DNA of 64,000 nucleotides from Pocillopora damicornis (Eukaryota): NCBI RefSeq assembly GCF_003704095.1, contig NW_020844827.1, positions 558,001 to 622,000 of the forward strand, read 5' to 3'. Shown piece by piece: positions 1 to 11,550 of this stretch (position 1 is its first letter; each line of letters starts with the position of its first letter). The notes under the pieces were generated by a model. It saw only the letters and a program-made list of their open reading frames with translations, ran no database searches and was not told where the DNA came from. The position numbers and the translations under genes were made by a program.

Positions 1-573
1 CTTGTTGGCTACAAACTTGAAATTTCTGGTAATTTCTAGGTTTTTGGAACCAGAGTTGTTATGGTTGGGAATTCCCAGGAATTCCCAGTCCGAATTTACT
101 GTGAAAATTCACACCTTTATTCCTAGGAATTCGAAACTCCATTTTGCAAGGGTAATTCTGTCAGGCTTTCAAAACCACCAAGACTCTCGGCAAGTGTAAA
201 TAACTGAAAGAAAAGGATAAACAAAGACTCATGGCATTCAGTGACATGAGACATTAAACTTGTAAGACAAATGGGTTTCCTTTTGGATTTCCCGAATGCC
301 ACAGGAACTCCAACCTTAAGCCTAAATAGCATTAACTTTATGTAAAAACTATTAAATAAATATCAATAGTTACCTTAGATGATTTGAAAAACTTTCTGGA
401 ATTCTCCAAATTCCCTTTGATGAAAAAAGTCACCATACCACCAAAGCCTGTCATCTGTTTTTTAGCAAGTTCATGCTGTGGGTATGATTCCAGACCTGAA
501 AAAAAGTTTTACATCAATGATGCTGTACCATGTAAATATATCTACCTTATCAATAGTTTTTGAGCAGGTCTGT

Positions 574-731
574 TTAACCCTTTAATTCCAAAAGAGACTA
601 GCATCTAATTTCTCCTTACAACATCATCCCCAGAATCAAACATTAAGGTCATGAGAATACAGGAAATGATCATCAATCAAAGAAGCTCTTGTTTGTTATA
701 CAAATTCTCCTTATCAGCACCTTAGGAAATG
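574..731. mobile_element. TTAA-CCCT-ended MITE (piggyBac-like non-autonomous family), truncated by N gap
   Basis: Starts ttaacccttt and shares the core 'gactagcatctaatttctccttacaa...aaggaaatgatc...aaattctcctt' with copies at ~42361-42571, ~49131-49343 and ~63658-63832. Confidence 0.65.
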
Positions 732-1214
732 NNNNNNNNNNNNNNNNNNNNNNNNNNNNNNNNNNNNNNNNNNNNNNNNNNNNNNNNNNNNNNNNNNNNN
801 NNNNNNNNNNNNNNNNNNNNNNNNNNNNNNNAGGAATTCCCAGGTATTCCAAGAAAACTGGGAATTCAGTTCACAAGGGTTGCTGAAACGTATCTGTTGA
901 ACCAGCTTATATTTTGTGTGAAAATGGTTCAGGTACACTCAAGTTCTTGAAAAGACTTCCTGCTACAGAGGACTTAAGTATAAAAATTGTGGTAGCTAGC
1001 AGTATAACATTTGAATTTTTAAATTGTGTGCACCCATTATAGTATGGCACAGTCAACGTTGTTTTATTTTAAAGATATCCATTTTTTTGAAGTTTAAACC
1101 TGTAATATTCTTTTGTTTTGTGATGCCTGATCACTTCTGAGATATATACCATGATATATATATATATATTTTTTAGTTATTATTTGTCATATTTCATAGA
1201 TTAATATAGCTGGT

Positions 1215-4050
1215 AAATGTTGTTTGTCCTGGTACTGAGTGTAAAGTCCTTCTAGGATATATAGCATACTTAGTTTTTCATTCACGGTTAATATAGGGAA
1301 AGTTGTCTTTCCTTTTGGGTTCACCCAGGCTGAAGTCTTGACATTCAGTGTAACGCTGGGATATATAACATACTTAGTTTTTCAGTCATGGTAAATATAG
1401 GGAAATGTTGTGTATCCTTTCTGGTTCACCCAGGCTGAAGTCCTGGCATTCAATGTAATGGCTGAGCGCTTCTTGGATATATAACACACTTAGTTTTTCA
1501 TTTATGGTTCATATAGGGAAATGTTGTGTATCTTTTCTGGTTAATCCAGGCTGAAGTCCTGGCATTCTGTGTAATGCTTGAGTATTTCTGGGATATATAA
1601 CATACTTAGTTTTTTGGTCATGGTTAATATAGGGAAATGTTGTGTATCCTTTCTAGTTCACCCAGACAGAAGTCATGGCATTCAGTGTAATGCCTGAGTG
1701 TTTCTGAGATATATAACATACTTAGTTTTTTGGTCATGGTTAATATAGGGAAATGTTGTGTATCTTTTCTGGTTAATCCAGGCAGAAGTCCTGGCATTCA
1801 GCATTAAATGCCTGAGCGCTTCTGGGATATATAACATACTTAGTTTTTATTTCATGGTTAATATAGGGAAATGTTGTGTATCCTTTCTAGTTCACCCAGG
1901 CTGAAGTCCTGGCATTCAATGTAATGCCTGAGTACTTCTGGGATATATAACATACTTAGTTTTTCAGTCATAGCTAATATAGGGAAATGTTGTGTATCTT
2001 CTCTGGTTAATCCAGGCTGAAGTCCTGGCATTCAATGCAATGCCTGAGCACTTCTGGGATATGTAACATACTTAGCTTTTCATTCATGGTCAATAAAGGG
2101 AAATGTTGTGTATTCTTTCTGGTTCACCCAGGCTGAAGTCCTGGCATTCAGCATAATGCCTAAGTGCTTTTGGGATATATATAATGGTTAATGTAGGGAA
2201 ATGTTGTGTATCCTTTCTGGTTAATTCAGGCTGAAGTCCTGGCATTCAGCATTAAATGTCTGAGCGCTTCTGGGATATAAAACATACTTAGTTTTTCATT
2301 CATGGTTAATATAGGGAAATGTTGTGTATCCTTTTTGGTTCACCCAGGCTGAAGTCCTGGCATTCAGTATAATGCCTGAGCGCTTCTGGGATATGTAACA
2401 TACTTAGCTTTTCATTCATGGTCAATAAAGGGAAATGTGTATCCTTTTTGGTTCACCCAGGTTGAAGTCCTGGCATTCAGTATAATGCCTGAGCGCTTCT
2501 GGGATATGTAACATACTTAGCTTTTCATTCATGGTCAATAAAGGGAAATGTTGTGTATCCTTTTTGGTTCACCCAGGCTGAAGTCCTGGCATTCTGTGTT
2601 ATGCCTGAGCGCTTCTGGGATATGTAACATACTTAGCTTTATATTCATGGTCAGGAAAGGGAAATGTTGTGTATCCTTTCTAGTTCACCCAGGCTGAAGT
2701 CCTGGCATTCAGTATAATGCCTGAGCACTTCTGGGATATGTAACATACTTAGCTTTTCATTCATGGTCAATAAAGGGAAATGTTGTGTATCCTTTCTGGT
2801 TCACTCAGGCTGAAGTCCTGGCCTTCAGTATAATGCCTGTCAGCGCTTCTAGGATATATACTTACTTAGTTTTTCATTTATGGTTAATGTAGGGAAATAT
2901 TGTGTATCCTATCTGGTTCACCGAGGCTGAAGTCCTGGCATTCAGCATAATGCCTGAGTGCCTTTGGGATATATCTAATGGTTAATGTAGGGAGATGTTG
3001 TGTATCCTTTCTGGTTAATCCAGGCAGAAGTCCTGGCATTCAGCATTAAATGCCTGAGCGCTTCTGGGATATAGAACATACTTAGTTTTTCATTCATGGT
3101 TAATATAGGGAAATGTTGTGTATCCTTTCTAGTTCACCCAGGCTGAAGTCATGGTATTCAGTGAAATGCCTGAGTATTTCTGGGATATATAACATACTTA
3201 GTTTTTTGGTCATGGTTAATATAGGGAAATGTTGTGTATCCTTTCTAGTTCACCCAGGCGGAAGTCATGGCATTCAGTGTAATGCCTGAGTGTTTCTGGG
3301 ATATATAACATACTTAGTTTTTCGGTCATGGTTAATATAGGGAAATGTTGTTATCTTTTCTCGTTAATCCAGGCTGAAGTCCTAGCATTCAATGTGATGC
3401 CTGAGTGCTTCTGGGATATATAACATACTTAGTTTTTCAGTCATGGCTAATATAGGGAAATGTTGTGTATCTTTTCTGGTTAATCCAGGCTGAAGTCCTG
3501 GCATTCAATGCAATGCCTGAGCGCTTCTGGGATATGTAACATACTTAGCTTTTCATTCATGGTCAATAAAGGGAAATGTTGTGTATCTTTTCTTGTTCAC
3601 CCAGGCTGAAGTCCTGGCATTCAGCATAATGCCTGAGTGCTTTTGGGATATATATAATGGTTAATGTAGGGAAATGTTGTGTATCCTTTCTGGTTAATCC
3701 AGGCTGAAGTCCTGGCATTCAGCATTAAATGCCTGAGCGCTTCTGGGATATAACATACTTAGTTTTTCATTCATGGTTAATATAGGGAAATATTGTGTAT
3801 CCTTTTTGGTTCACCCAGGCTGATGTCCTGGCATTCTGTATAATGCCTGAGTACTTCTGGGATATATACCATACTTAGTTTCTTTGACATTCACAAGTTG
3901 ATCAAGGAAAGTGTTGTGTATCCTTTTTGGTTCACCCAGACTGAAGTCCTAGCATTCAATGTAATGCCTGAGCGCTTTTAGGGTATGTAACATACTCAGT
4001 TTTTCATTTATGGTCAATATAGGGAAGTGTTGTGTATCCTCTCTGGTTTA
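1215..4050. repeat. Tandem satellite, ~116-bp unit, ~24 copies
   Basis: The anchor gaagtc(c/a)tggcatt recurs at 1437, 1553, 1669, 1785, 1903, 2019, 2135, 2233, 2351 ... 3943. Spacing is mostly 116 bp, with 98- and 118-bp variants. No long ORF. Confidence 0.97.
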
Positions 4051-4995
4051 CTCTCGTTCATCCAAATTTGTAGCTCTGAATAAGGGCGACATAGGAACCC
4101 TTTCTTTTCTAGCATTCATAACATTTTAAACTCTGACTACCTTAGATGAATATGTTAGGAGAGATTCTTGCTTGAAGAGTTAAATTACACCGGTGCATTA
4201 CCTTGCCTTTTTATATGGCTGGCTTCGCAAGCGATGCAAGATGCAGCAAATTCTGTGAGCTGATTGGCTGTTAGCCCTTCCTTTTTTTTTTTTTTTTTGT
4301 TTTCGACGGTGGCCAGCATGGCAACCATTTTGTCCTTGTGTAACCTGCAGGCAACCCTGTTAAAGTTAAAGGGAGTTTAAACTTGTTCGTACCGTGTCAA
4401 TAAATGAAAATTGGTCTTCGTCTGTTTAAACTCATTTCTCCTTCCTCCCCTTTCGCATTTTTCAGCTACACATTGCACGCCTAAAAGTTTTTCATATCGT
4501 AAGCTTTGTCAGCTTGTTTAACATCAGGTTTCTTGATTTGAAAACAATTGTCTCTACCCTCGGTCTATGTTTATTCACGATTTTTAATCATCGTTGCCGA
4601 AGAGCCTCCTCTGAGGTAGCGCAAAAAGATTTTCAACACCATTGCCTGAATCAAATCGTTTCTATGTTCGAAATCTGTCGCAACTATCTCAAGGATTCCG
4701 GCACCAATATAGATCATCTGAAGGCTATGAGTACTGTATGAATATAGTTTAAGAAACTGGAACAGTGTGTAAACTATAAATGCGACATACAAAATATCAG
4801 TGAGAAAGAGCCGCCATGTATTGTGGACTCTGCGTTAAACAGCAAAAGAAAATATAGGTTGTATTCCGCCGAGTTCATTCCCAATAACTGGTATCATGAT
4901 GCTCAAAAATTGCACGCACCAAGCGTCACCCGTGGAAGATTCCAAACTCAACAAGTGGAGCAGTAACGGAAAGAAATCGTCGGTTCAGGTATTTA

Positions 4996-5191
4996 GGTAA
5001 TTTAGTGTTAACAACTGGGTTGAAAACGTAAATTAGCCACCGTAAAGAGTAAAAAAGCTGACGTTTCGAGCGTTAGCCCTTCGTCCATCGCTCTGACGAA
5101 GGGCTAACGCTCGAAGCGTCAACTTTTTTACTCTTTACGGTGGCTAATTTACGTTTTCAATCCAGTTGTTAACACTAAATTACCTGCTATA

Positions 5192-5236
<45 letters not shown>

Positions 5237-5238
5237 TT
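4996..5238. mobile_element. Fold-back Penelope-like-element terminal-repeat remnant with minimal hammerhead motif and 14-bp TSD
   Basis: ~90-bp inverted arms (4995-5085 / 5095-5185) centred on ctgacgaagggctaacgctcgaa(a/g)cgtc. Flanked by the direct repeat ggttcaggtattta (4982-4995 and 5239-5252). Confidence 0.75.
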
Positions 5239-5477
5239 GGTTCAGGTATTTATTTTGTCTCCGGTCCGAAAACAAAAATCGGATAAAAATTGATTAGAAA
5301 ACAAAATACTCAGGCCGTCAGTTAAATGTCGTGTTAAATAAGCGTCGCAGCCTATGTTAGTATTTACGGAATCGACTAAATACGCAGGCATTGACTAAGA
5401 AATGTTTCTGCTACGTGACTGTATCATTAGCCGGCAACTCGCTCCGGGTGAGTGCTTTGTCTCATCACCATTTTTAA

Positions 5478-5913
5478 GGCTGGTTTTCACTTGCGACGGA
5501 GTCATAGTCGAAGTCGTAATCAAAAGCGTAGGGCGATACGATCTAGTGACAATCAAACCGGCGGAGTCGGAAGCAGAACACCGATTCTGCCTATGACTCC
5601 GTCGGTTACGATCTAGTGAAAACTGCAATGAGTCGGAAGCGGAAGCGGAAGAATAAACCAATCACAATGCTCGATTCCAGGCCCGCGAAAGTACAAATTT
5701 TGGCGCCAAAGACAACATGGCGGACGAAGAGCAACCTGTGCTTCGGCTCTTATTAATCATTATTTTGCGCAGGCAGAGACAATACAGGAATAATATCGTT
5801 TGAAAAAGAAAGCGATTTTGGGTTCGTGATATCTATCGACGTCGAGCAGCTTTGGGAGAGTATGCTAACCTCGCCAGCGAACTACGACTTAGTGATCGTG
5901 AATTCTACTTTCG
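5478..5913 (+). mobile_element. PIF/Harbinger-type transposon 5' end with pseudogenised transposase exon 1
   Basis: TAA precedes the GGCTGGTTTTCAC terminus; subterminal gagtcggaag and gatctagtga repeats. 5717-5913 reads MADEEQ...NIV*KRKRFWVRDIYRRRAALGEYANLASELRLSDREFYFR|gt, a HARBI1-like N-terminus with an in-frame stop. Confidence 0.7.
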
Positions 5914-7844
5914 GTAGGTTTCGAGTATTTTAACTTTTAATTTCGTAATTTTACAGTCAAGCTCACACGTTTAAATGTTTCACGGCTATTTGTGCATTTT
6001 GGCCAGAAAATTATCTGAAGGTATTTGTGTACATGATTCTTCAGTAACTCCTGTGAAGAGAAGCGTCTTTGATTTGATAAGCTCAAATGAGCAAAGTAAC
6101 ATTTCCAACTGCCCATACCACACCACACGTAAATAAGTAAATAAATGTATTCTGGGTCCCGGTATGTCCACGTCATCATACATTAACGTGCTTTATCATA
6201 CATTGACGCACTTAATCATACATTAACGTCAATTGTTATTGTTAAAGAAAATTTGATCATGGAGCGGGTCAAGGTCTTTTCAGTTTCGTCTTCTATTCCC
6301 GAGCGCTTTCCCTTCACGTTCACCATTACGATTCTTTTCACGTCAAATTAAAACAAGGGGTTGCTTAGATATTGATAGATATTAGTGTGCTGTCTTTTGA
6401 TAATTCGGTCTCTGATAAACCAAACATTGATATAACCGCATAAAATCGAAGCATTTCGTTCGCATGATCAAATAATCACAAAAGGAATTAGGATGAATTT
6501 AAGTGATGGTAATGGGATATTTCTTTCTCTTGATTAAGTGCATCTGTTAATTCTAAACCTCGCGACTGCGTCAAGAAAATTATCGAACATGTGGTCTGCG
6601 CGAACAATCAACAAGAAGAAACATATATGTTGGCTTCTTTTCCTTCAACCTTCCGGTAATTCACTTGTTCTAAGAAAGACAACAATTTGTAGCGAGGCAA
6701 TCAGCAATTACAACATGTTTTACTTGTTGTCTATTTTTTGTTGTAAGGAACTAAAACAAATCATCCTTCGTTGCTGACACGTACTCCTGCTTCAAGACCG
6801 AGTTCGCGAAAATCGCTGTCAGTCATTGCAAAACTGTCTAAGAAGATGAGATTTCACTTCTTTCATCGCTACTTCCTTACCCTAAAGATTAAAGCTTTCG
6901 ATCGTTAATCTGACCTTGTATGCTATAAACTTTCTAGAGCAAAATTAAAATTAAAAACTTTTACAGATCATTTTTTCTTATTGAGAAAAAAAACCCATCG
7001 ACCACTGATGACTAAGTAGTAAAGAAGAATTAAAAAGGCATTAAAAGTCGTAGACATGTTAGTCGCTGTGAAGATCTAGACTGAAGAAATTCAAGCGTGA
7101 CAAGGTACAATGTATCAAAATAAAAGGAACAGTGAGAACTTTTCATTACTAAAGCAATTTATAAGGTTTAGGGATCACATATCAAAAGCTAACCTGATAA
7201 AGTGGAGGAGAAGCAAGAAAGAACTTGCTAATAAGGCGACCTGTTTTCAACATTCTGGCTGAATGTAGAGATAAAATAAACTTGTGTGACCTGAATGGGA
7301 TAATTTTCCTCTGAAACTTAAAACGTTGACTGAGTGGTAAAAGCAAGTTCAATAATCATTGAGAAATGCATATATATAGTCATATTATACTTCAAATAGA
7401 TCATTTAGTCGACATGAAGAAAAGTTGAGCTAACCAAAAACATCACAGAATGTTAAAGAGGAAGTAGAGGGGTATTTCTGTTACACTAGACTTCTGCAGC
7501 GACTGAACTTGACCTCTTCCAAAATGGTTTTAGCGCGGACGTGTTAGCTGGAAGAGAAGATTTAGTAACATTCGCTGAAGCAGAAAGAAGGACGTGTACA
7601 TGTAGGCACAAACTGAAGAGAGATCTTTGACAACTGGTTTCAACGTTTTCATTTAGTAGTCAAACCCATTCAAAACCAAGTTTAGGATACCAAGTATAGT
7701 AAATATAGTAAGGCTCTTCTTTATAAGTTATAAGAAGGCTCTATGAAATGAAATAACACAGGGTGACCCTGTTAGCTTCGAGAACGTGCCTCATCTGTTG
7801 TGATCAGGAGGACATGTTGCTTTTACTTCCTAGTAACGAGTACA

Positions 7845-7850
7845 TATAAA
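7845..7850 (+). promoter_or_regulatory. Candidate TATA box of the Cys-rich peptide gene
   Basis: TATAAA about 110 bp upstream of the first splice donor (7957). Confidence 0.4.
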
Positions 7851-7953
7851 TGAGAGGCGATTTCGTCCAAGACAAGGAACAAGATTAGTTTCGAAAAGAT
7901 ACAGTGAAGACCAGGGAAAGATTCTCTCTTCGATTGAACGAGCTTAAACACGG

Positions 7954-10088
7954 TTGGTAATTTTTTTTTCCCATAATTAACTTATACGCCTCTTTTAGCA
8001 AACCTTCTACAAAATCTTCGACATCTTCGCAAATATAGCATTAATATCATCTGATGTGCTTCAGTTTTTTCTTTCAGGGTTGTTCAATAATCATAACAGC
8101 TGTTGCTTTTCTTCTTTGCCTTTCATATTCAAGTGCATCACCGGTGAGTTTTATAAATTGTGAGCGATTAAGAATTCTGTTGCATTTTGATAGTGACTCT
8201 GGTGGAAATCTGCCAGCGTAACAGTTCTTTGTTTTTACTGAGATTTTTTAAACGATTTCGCGGTTTGAGCAATATCCCTAAGCTAAACCTTTCAGAGAAA
8301 AGTTTTGTGAGAGTGAACGCACAGTCGTTCTTAGGCATAGGCGATAGAGGATGGTGACTGGGCATGCTTAATTACACCTTTTTATAACTCAAATACTGAT
8401 TTGGACTTTAGGCACAAATTGCGTGTCATAAAAATTTGCAACAGAAGCCAGGGAAAGCTGGTTACACTGATGAAGACATTTCCGTATTTTAGATCTGAAT
8501 CGCCCTTACGATCTGTGATTCTCCTCCTGTTTGCATTGTCCTTTTTGGATTTTTATCTCAATGACCCTCTGAAATACATAGCTCTTTCTTGTTCCTTTTA
8601 AAAAACCCTTTTTTCGCCTCTGCAAGTGATATTGGTTTTTTCACCTCGCCACTCAACTACATTTAGACATTTTTGAAATTCTAATTTTTATGGAGTACCT
8701 TAATGAATGTTTCTATTTTTGCGCTGATGTAGTTGCTTGATATGGAAACAAAAGTTACGTGATTTATTCTTTAAATTATCACAGTTCTAATAATAGTAAA
8801 CACTTCTTCCAAGGCTTTTATCCCAAAAAGCCAGTGACAATAGAATTTCTAGCTTGAAAAATCCTGAAAGTATACATTGCGAAAAAGTTCAGGACGCACG
8901 GTTCATACAATCACCAATCCCAGCACGGCCACTGTCTAATAATAGCCATGATAAGACTTTTAAAAAATTTGTCTACATCTACTGACTGAGATTCGATGGA
9001 TGAGTTCTTACGTACTCTGTTCTGCCATTCGTAAAGCCTTTGGAACATAACAATGCATGCTTTTCCTTAACAGAGGTTATCACAGAATCCTCCACCTTGC
9101 ATTCTGAATCTGTATGATCCATCAATACTAGGGTTTTGAGCGAGCCCTCCCTCACTCCATCACTGATTATCGTACTAAATTTTTACAGGTTTCTGACAGG
9201 ATCTCTACCAACCTTGAAGTGCATAGGCGCATAGGTAAATAAAATAATTTTTGATTTGATTAAAATGTAATAGTGAAGTTATTAAATCTGATGCAGTCAG
9301 TTGTAATAACCCAGGAGAAACAGATGTTTATTAACATGGTGAAGTCTGATCGCTTGTGTGAGAGTATAGTCCTCAAAGGACTATTGCTGATAGCGGCGAG
9401 CCTCTTGACTCTGACTTTGATGATGACTTCCGCTTACGTTTACTCTGACTCTGACTTACGCACGACTCTGACTATAATGGTGACTTCCACCAAGGTTGTC
9501 AAACCGTCAGTCATTACGGCCACTAATGGTCCCTCCCAGGACTACTCTTATATGAATGATCAGACTGCCCGATCAAATAATGCATTACGAATCGTCATTT
9601 TTTTCCCTGTTATGCAGCATTTTATGACTTTAGGACACTATTCATGTCGTTTCCTTAATTCGCTACCACCCACACTATGTTCTCCGGTTTATGAATTCTC
9701 CTATCTTTAATTATCGAGTTATTCTTTTTTTTCAATGTCTTTCCTTTTTCTTTTTTGTAATGAGGATATGTAATTAATTGTTCATTTACATACTTGCCAA
9801 TTATTTCATGAATGTAATGAATTTTAGTTGTCATATATCTAAAGAGTAACCTGGTAGCCATCGTTATCTTCTTTATTTCTAACAGCCAGAGGCTTTCCAG
9901 GATTAAAATTTTGCAGCTCAGGACAAATACCAACTAAATGCTGGGCCCATCAGTGGATGTATTTGTGCCACTTTAAGGACTACTGGTTACGATGCAAAAT
10001 CGACTCTAGCAAGCCTAAATTGGCCTGTCCTGTTCGTAATAACTATAATTATGGCAGTCTGGAATGCTGTGACATTTATTGCCCTTAG
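7954..10088 (+). CDS. Secreted small cysteine-rich prepropeptide (105 aa); exons 7954-7956 (TTG, uncertain), 8078-8143, 9189-9234, 9886-10088
   Basis: Canonical ag/gt junctions with compatible phases (0,0,1) give [M/L]GCSIIITAVAFLLCLSYSSASP-VSDRISTNLEVHRRIAR-GFPGLKFCSSGQIPTKCWAHQWMYLCHFKDYWLRCKIDSSKPKLACPVRNNYNYGSLECCDIYCP*. This is a hydrophobic signal peptide, a propeptide ending RxxR, and an 8-Cys mature region. ATTAAA lies at 10209. Confidence 0.8.
9335..9580. mobile_element. Degenerate Penelope-like terminal repeat (same family as 28299-29064) in intron 3 of the peptide gene
   Basis: gatgatgacttccgc, aggttgtcaaaccgtcagtc and ctcccaggactactct match the 28921-29030 repeat; an inverted partial copy precedes it. 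Confidence 0.6.
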
Positions 10089-11550
10089 ATGTTTGTGTTG
10101 AGACGTTTTAATTTTTTTTTTTTATTTAAAACAATCAAGTTTCGATACAATATTCAATTCCTAGCTTTAAGTTTTTTTTATCTGTGTTTCAGTTTGTTAT
10201 CATCCCATATTAAAAGTGAACCTGAGAGGCTTTGGAAGAGGATAAAGTAGAATAGTGGAGTAAAAGAGAATAGTAGAATGTATAATTTCAGCGCCATATC
10301 TCCCCTCCATCCACTTTAAATTTGTACGCCGACCATGAAAGTTCATAAACCATCGATACACATCTTGATATTGTGTGGTAGTAAACAGATTAAGATTAAA
10401 GTTGTAGACGAAGATTTATTTGCGCTTTTTTCGACCTCGTCAAGTCCAGACAAGCTTTTTAACTTCAACTGAATCGTTCAAATTATTTTCAATATCTATT
10501 CAATATGGATAGTTCAGTTCAGTTCGAATTTTTGTCTTTGTTACGATGATAGCGTCATTCTATATAGCAGAAAGGATGAATTTAAAAAAATAAATGAACT
10601 CTTGGTTCATTTCGGTTGCAGTTACAGTTAATTTGTGCGCATTTTCTTTTTTTATTATTATTATTTAACACCACTCTGGGAACGTTTGTCGAAAAAAATG
10701 TAACCTTAAAACTATGCTTCGTTTCAATTCTATCTTCTTTGAAGTAACGTTACAAAGTACAATAACCACGTAATGGTGAGATAAGCTTTTTTTAGGTCAT
10801 TCTCTCTAGACCTTCTGTATTTAGAGCAAGCAGTGCATGAGCTGAATGATGCTATTGCCTCTGTTAACAAGCTAGCGACCACGTTACCCCAGACCGCCTA
10901 CATGCAGAGTTATGACCGCGACGTTAGTGCTATCCAACACCTGTTGTTTTTTGCCATACTCCATCGCTGCAGGTCTTTCATTCCCGCCTGCGCTCCTTAC
11001 GTTTAAAGTGAGGACCAGCTCGCAAGCGTTAATCCCACTCTTTAGGCCCAGTGGCTCAGCAGGCTAAGACGGCTGTAAGGTCCGTAGGGCTGTAGTTTTT
11101 ATATCAGAGTTGGCATCTTCTGGCTAAAGAGCCCGCTGTCGGAAGAACGACGGCTATTTACCCATAGCTGGAGCACGGATAAAGGTCCATCTGTCATGTC
11201 CTTGAACTTAGGGTCATTGCACGACTGAACTGCCTATTATACCTGGTCTGGGACTCGTTATTCACTGGCAAGCAAACTTACTTAGAGCTAACTTTCACTG
11301 AAGGCCTTTCACTATGGGATGGTCGCCACGGATTTGCCCAGAGTCCCTGTCTTAGTCTAACGCTTTTAAAATAAATGCATATTGTTTGACTTCCACAGTC
11401 CTGGTGTGTTATCCAATGCAATTTTCCTGCCCCACCTCGGTTCAGCGTTGTCTCTTTCACTTGAACTTCGCTGAAATCAACCAAAAGATAAAGACTGCGT
11501 TACATATGTCACGTTACCTAATTTACATCAAGCCTCGCTTTGACTATCAC

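Noticed and set aside
60-135. GGGAATTCCC palindromes (also 832-868) as NF-kB sites
   Set aside because: They occur as repeated ggaattcc motifs near a gap with no gene start nearby, so they are more likely subterminal repeats of a transposon.
1215-4050. Satellite as a CRISPR array or hammerhead retrozyme
   Set aside because: No unique spacers, eukaryotic context with no cas genes, and no CUGAnGA...GAAA core recognised on either strand of the unit.
4500-4980. Possible decayed coding sequence
   Set aside because: Frames are interrupted by stops and no family motif was recognised.
9273-9710. 145-aa ORF
   Set aside because: Lies in intron 3 of the peptide gene and is a read-through of a degenerate Penelope-like repeat.
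10790-11260. GC-richer segment possibly a retroelement end or structured RNA
   Set aside because: Could not build a convincing ribozyme fold or protein motif by eye; needs an Rfam/Repbase search.
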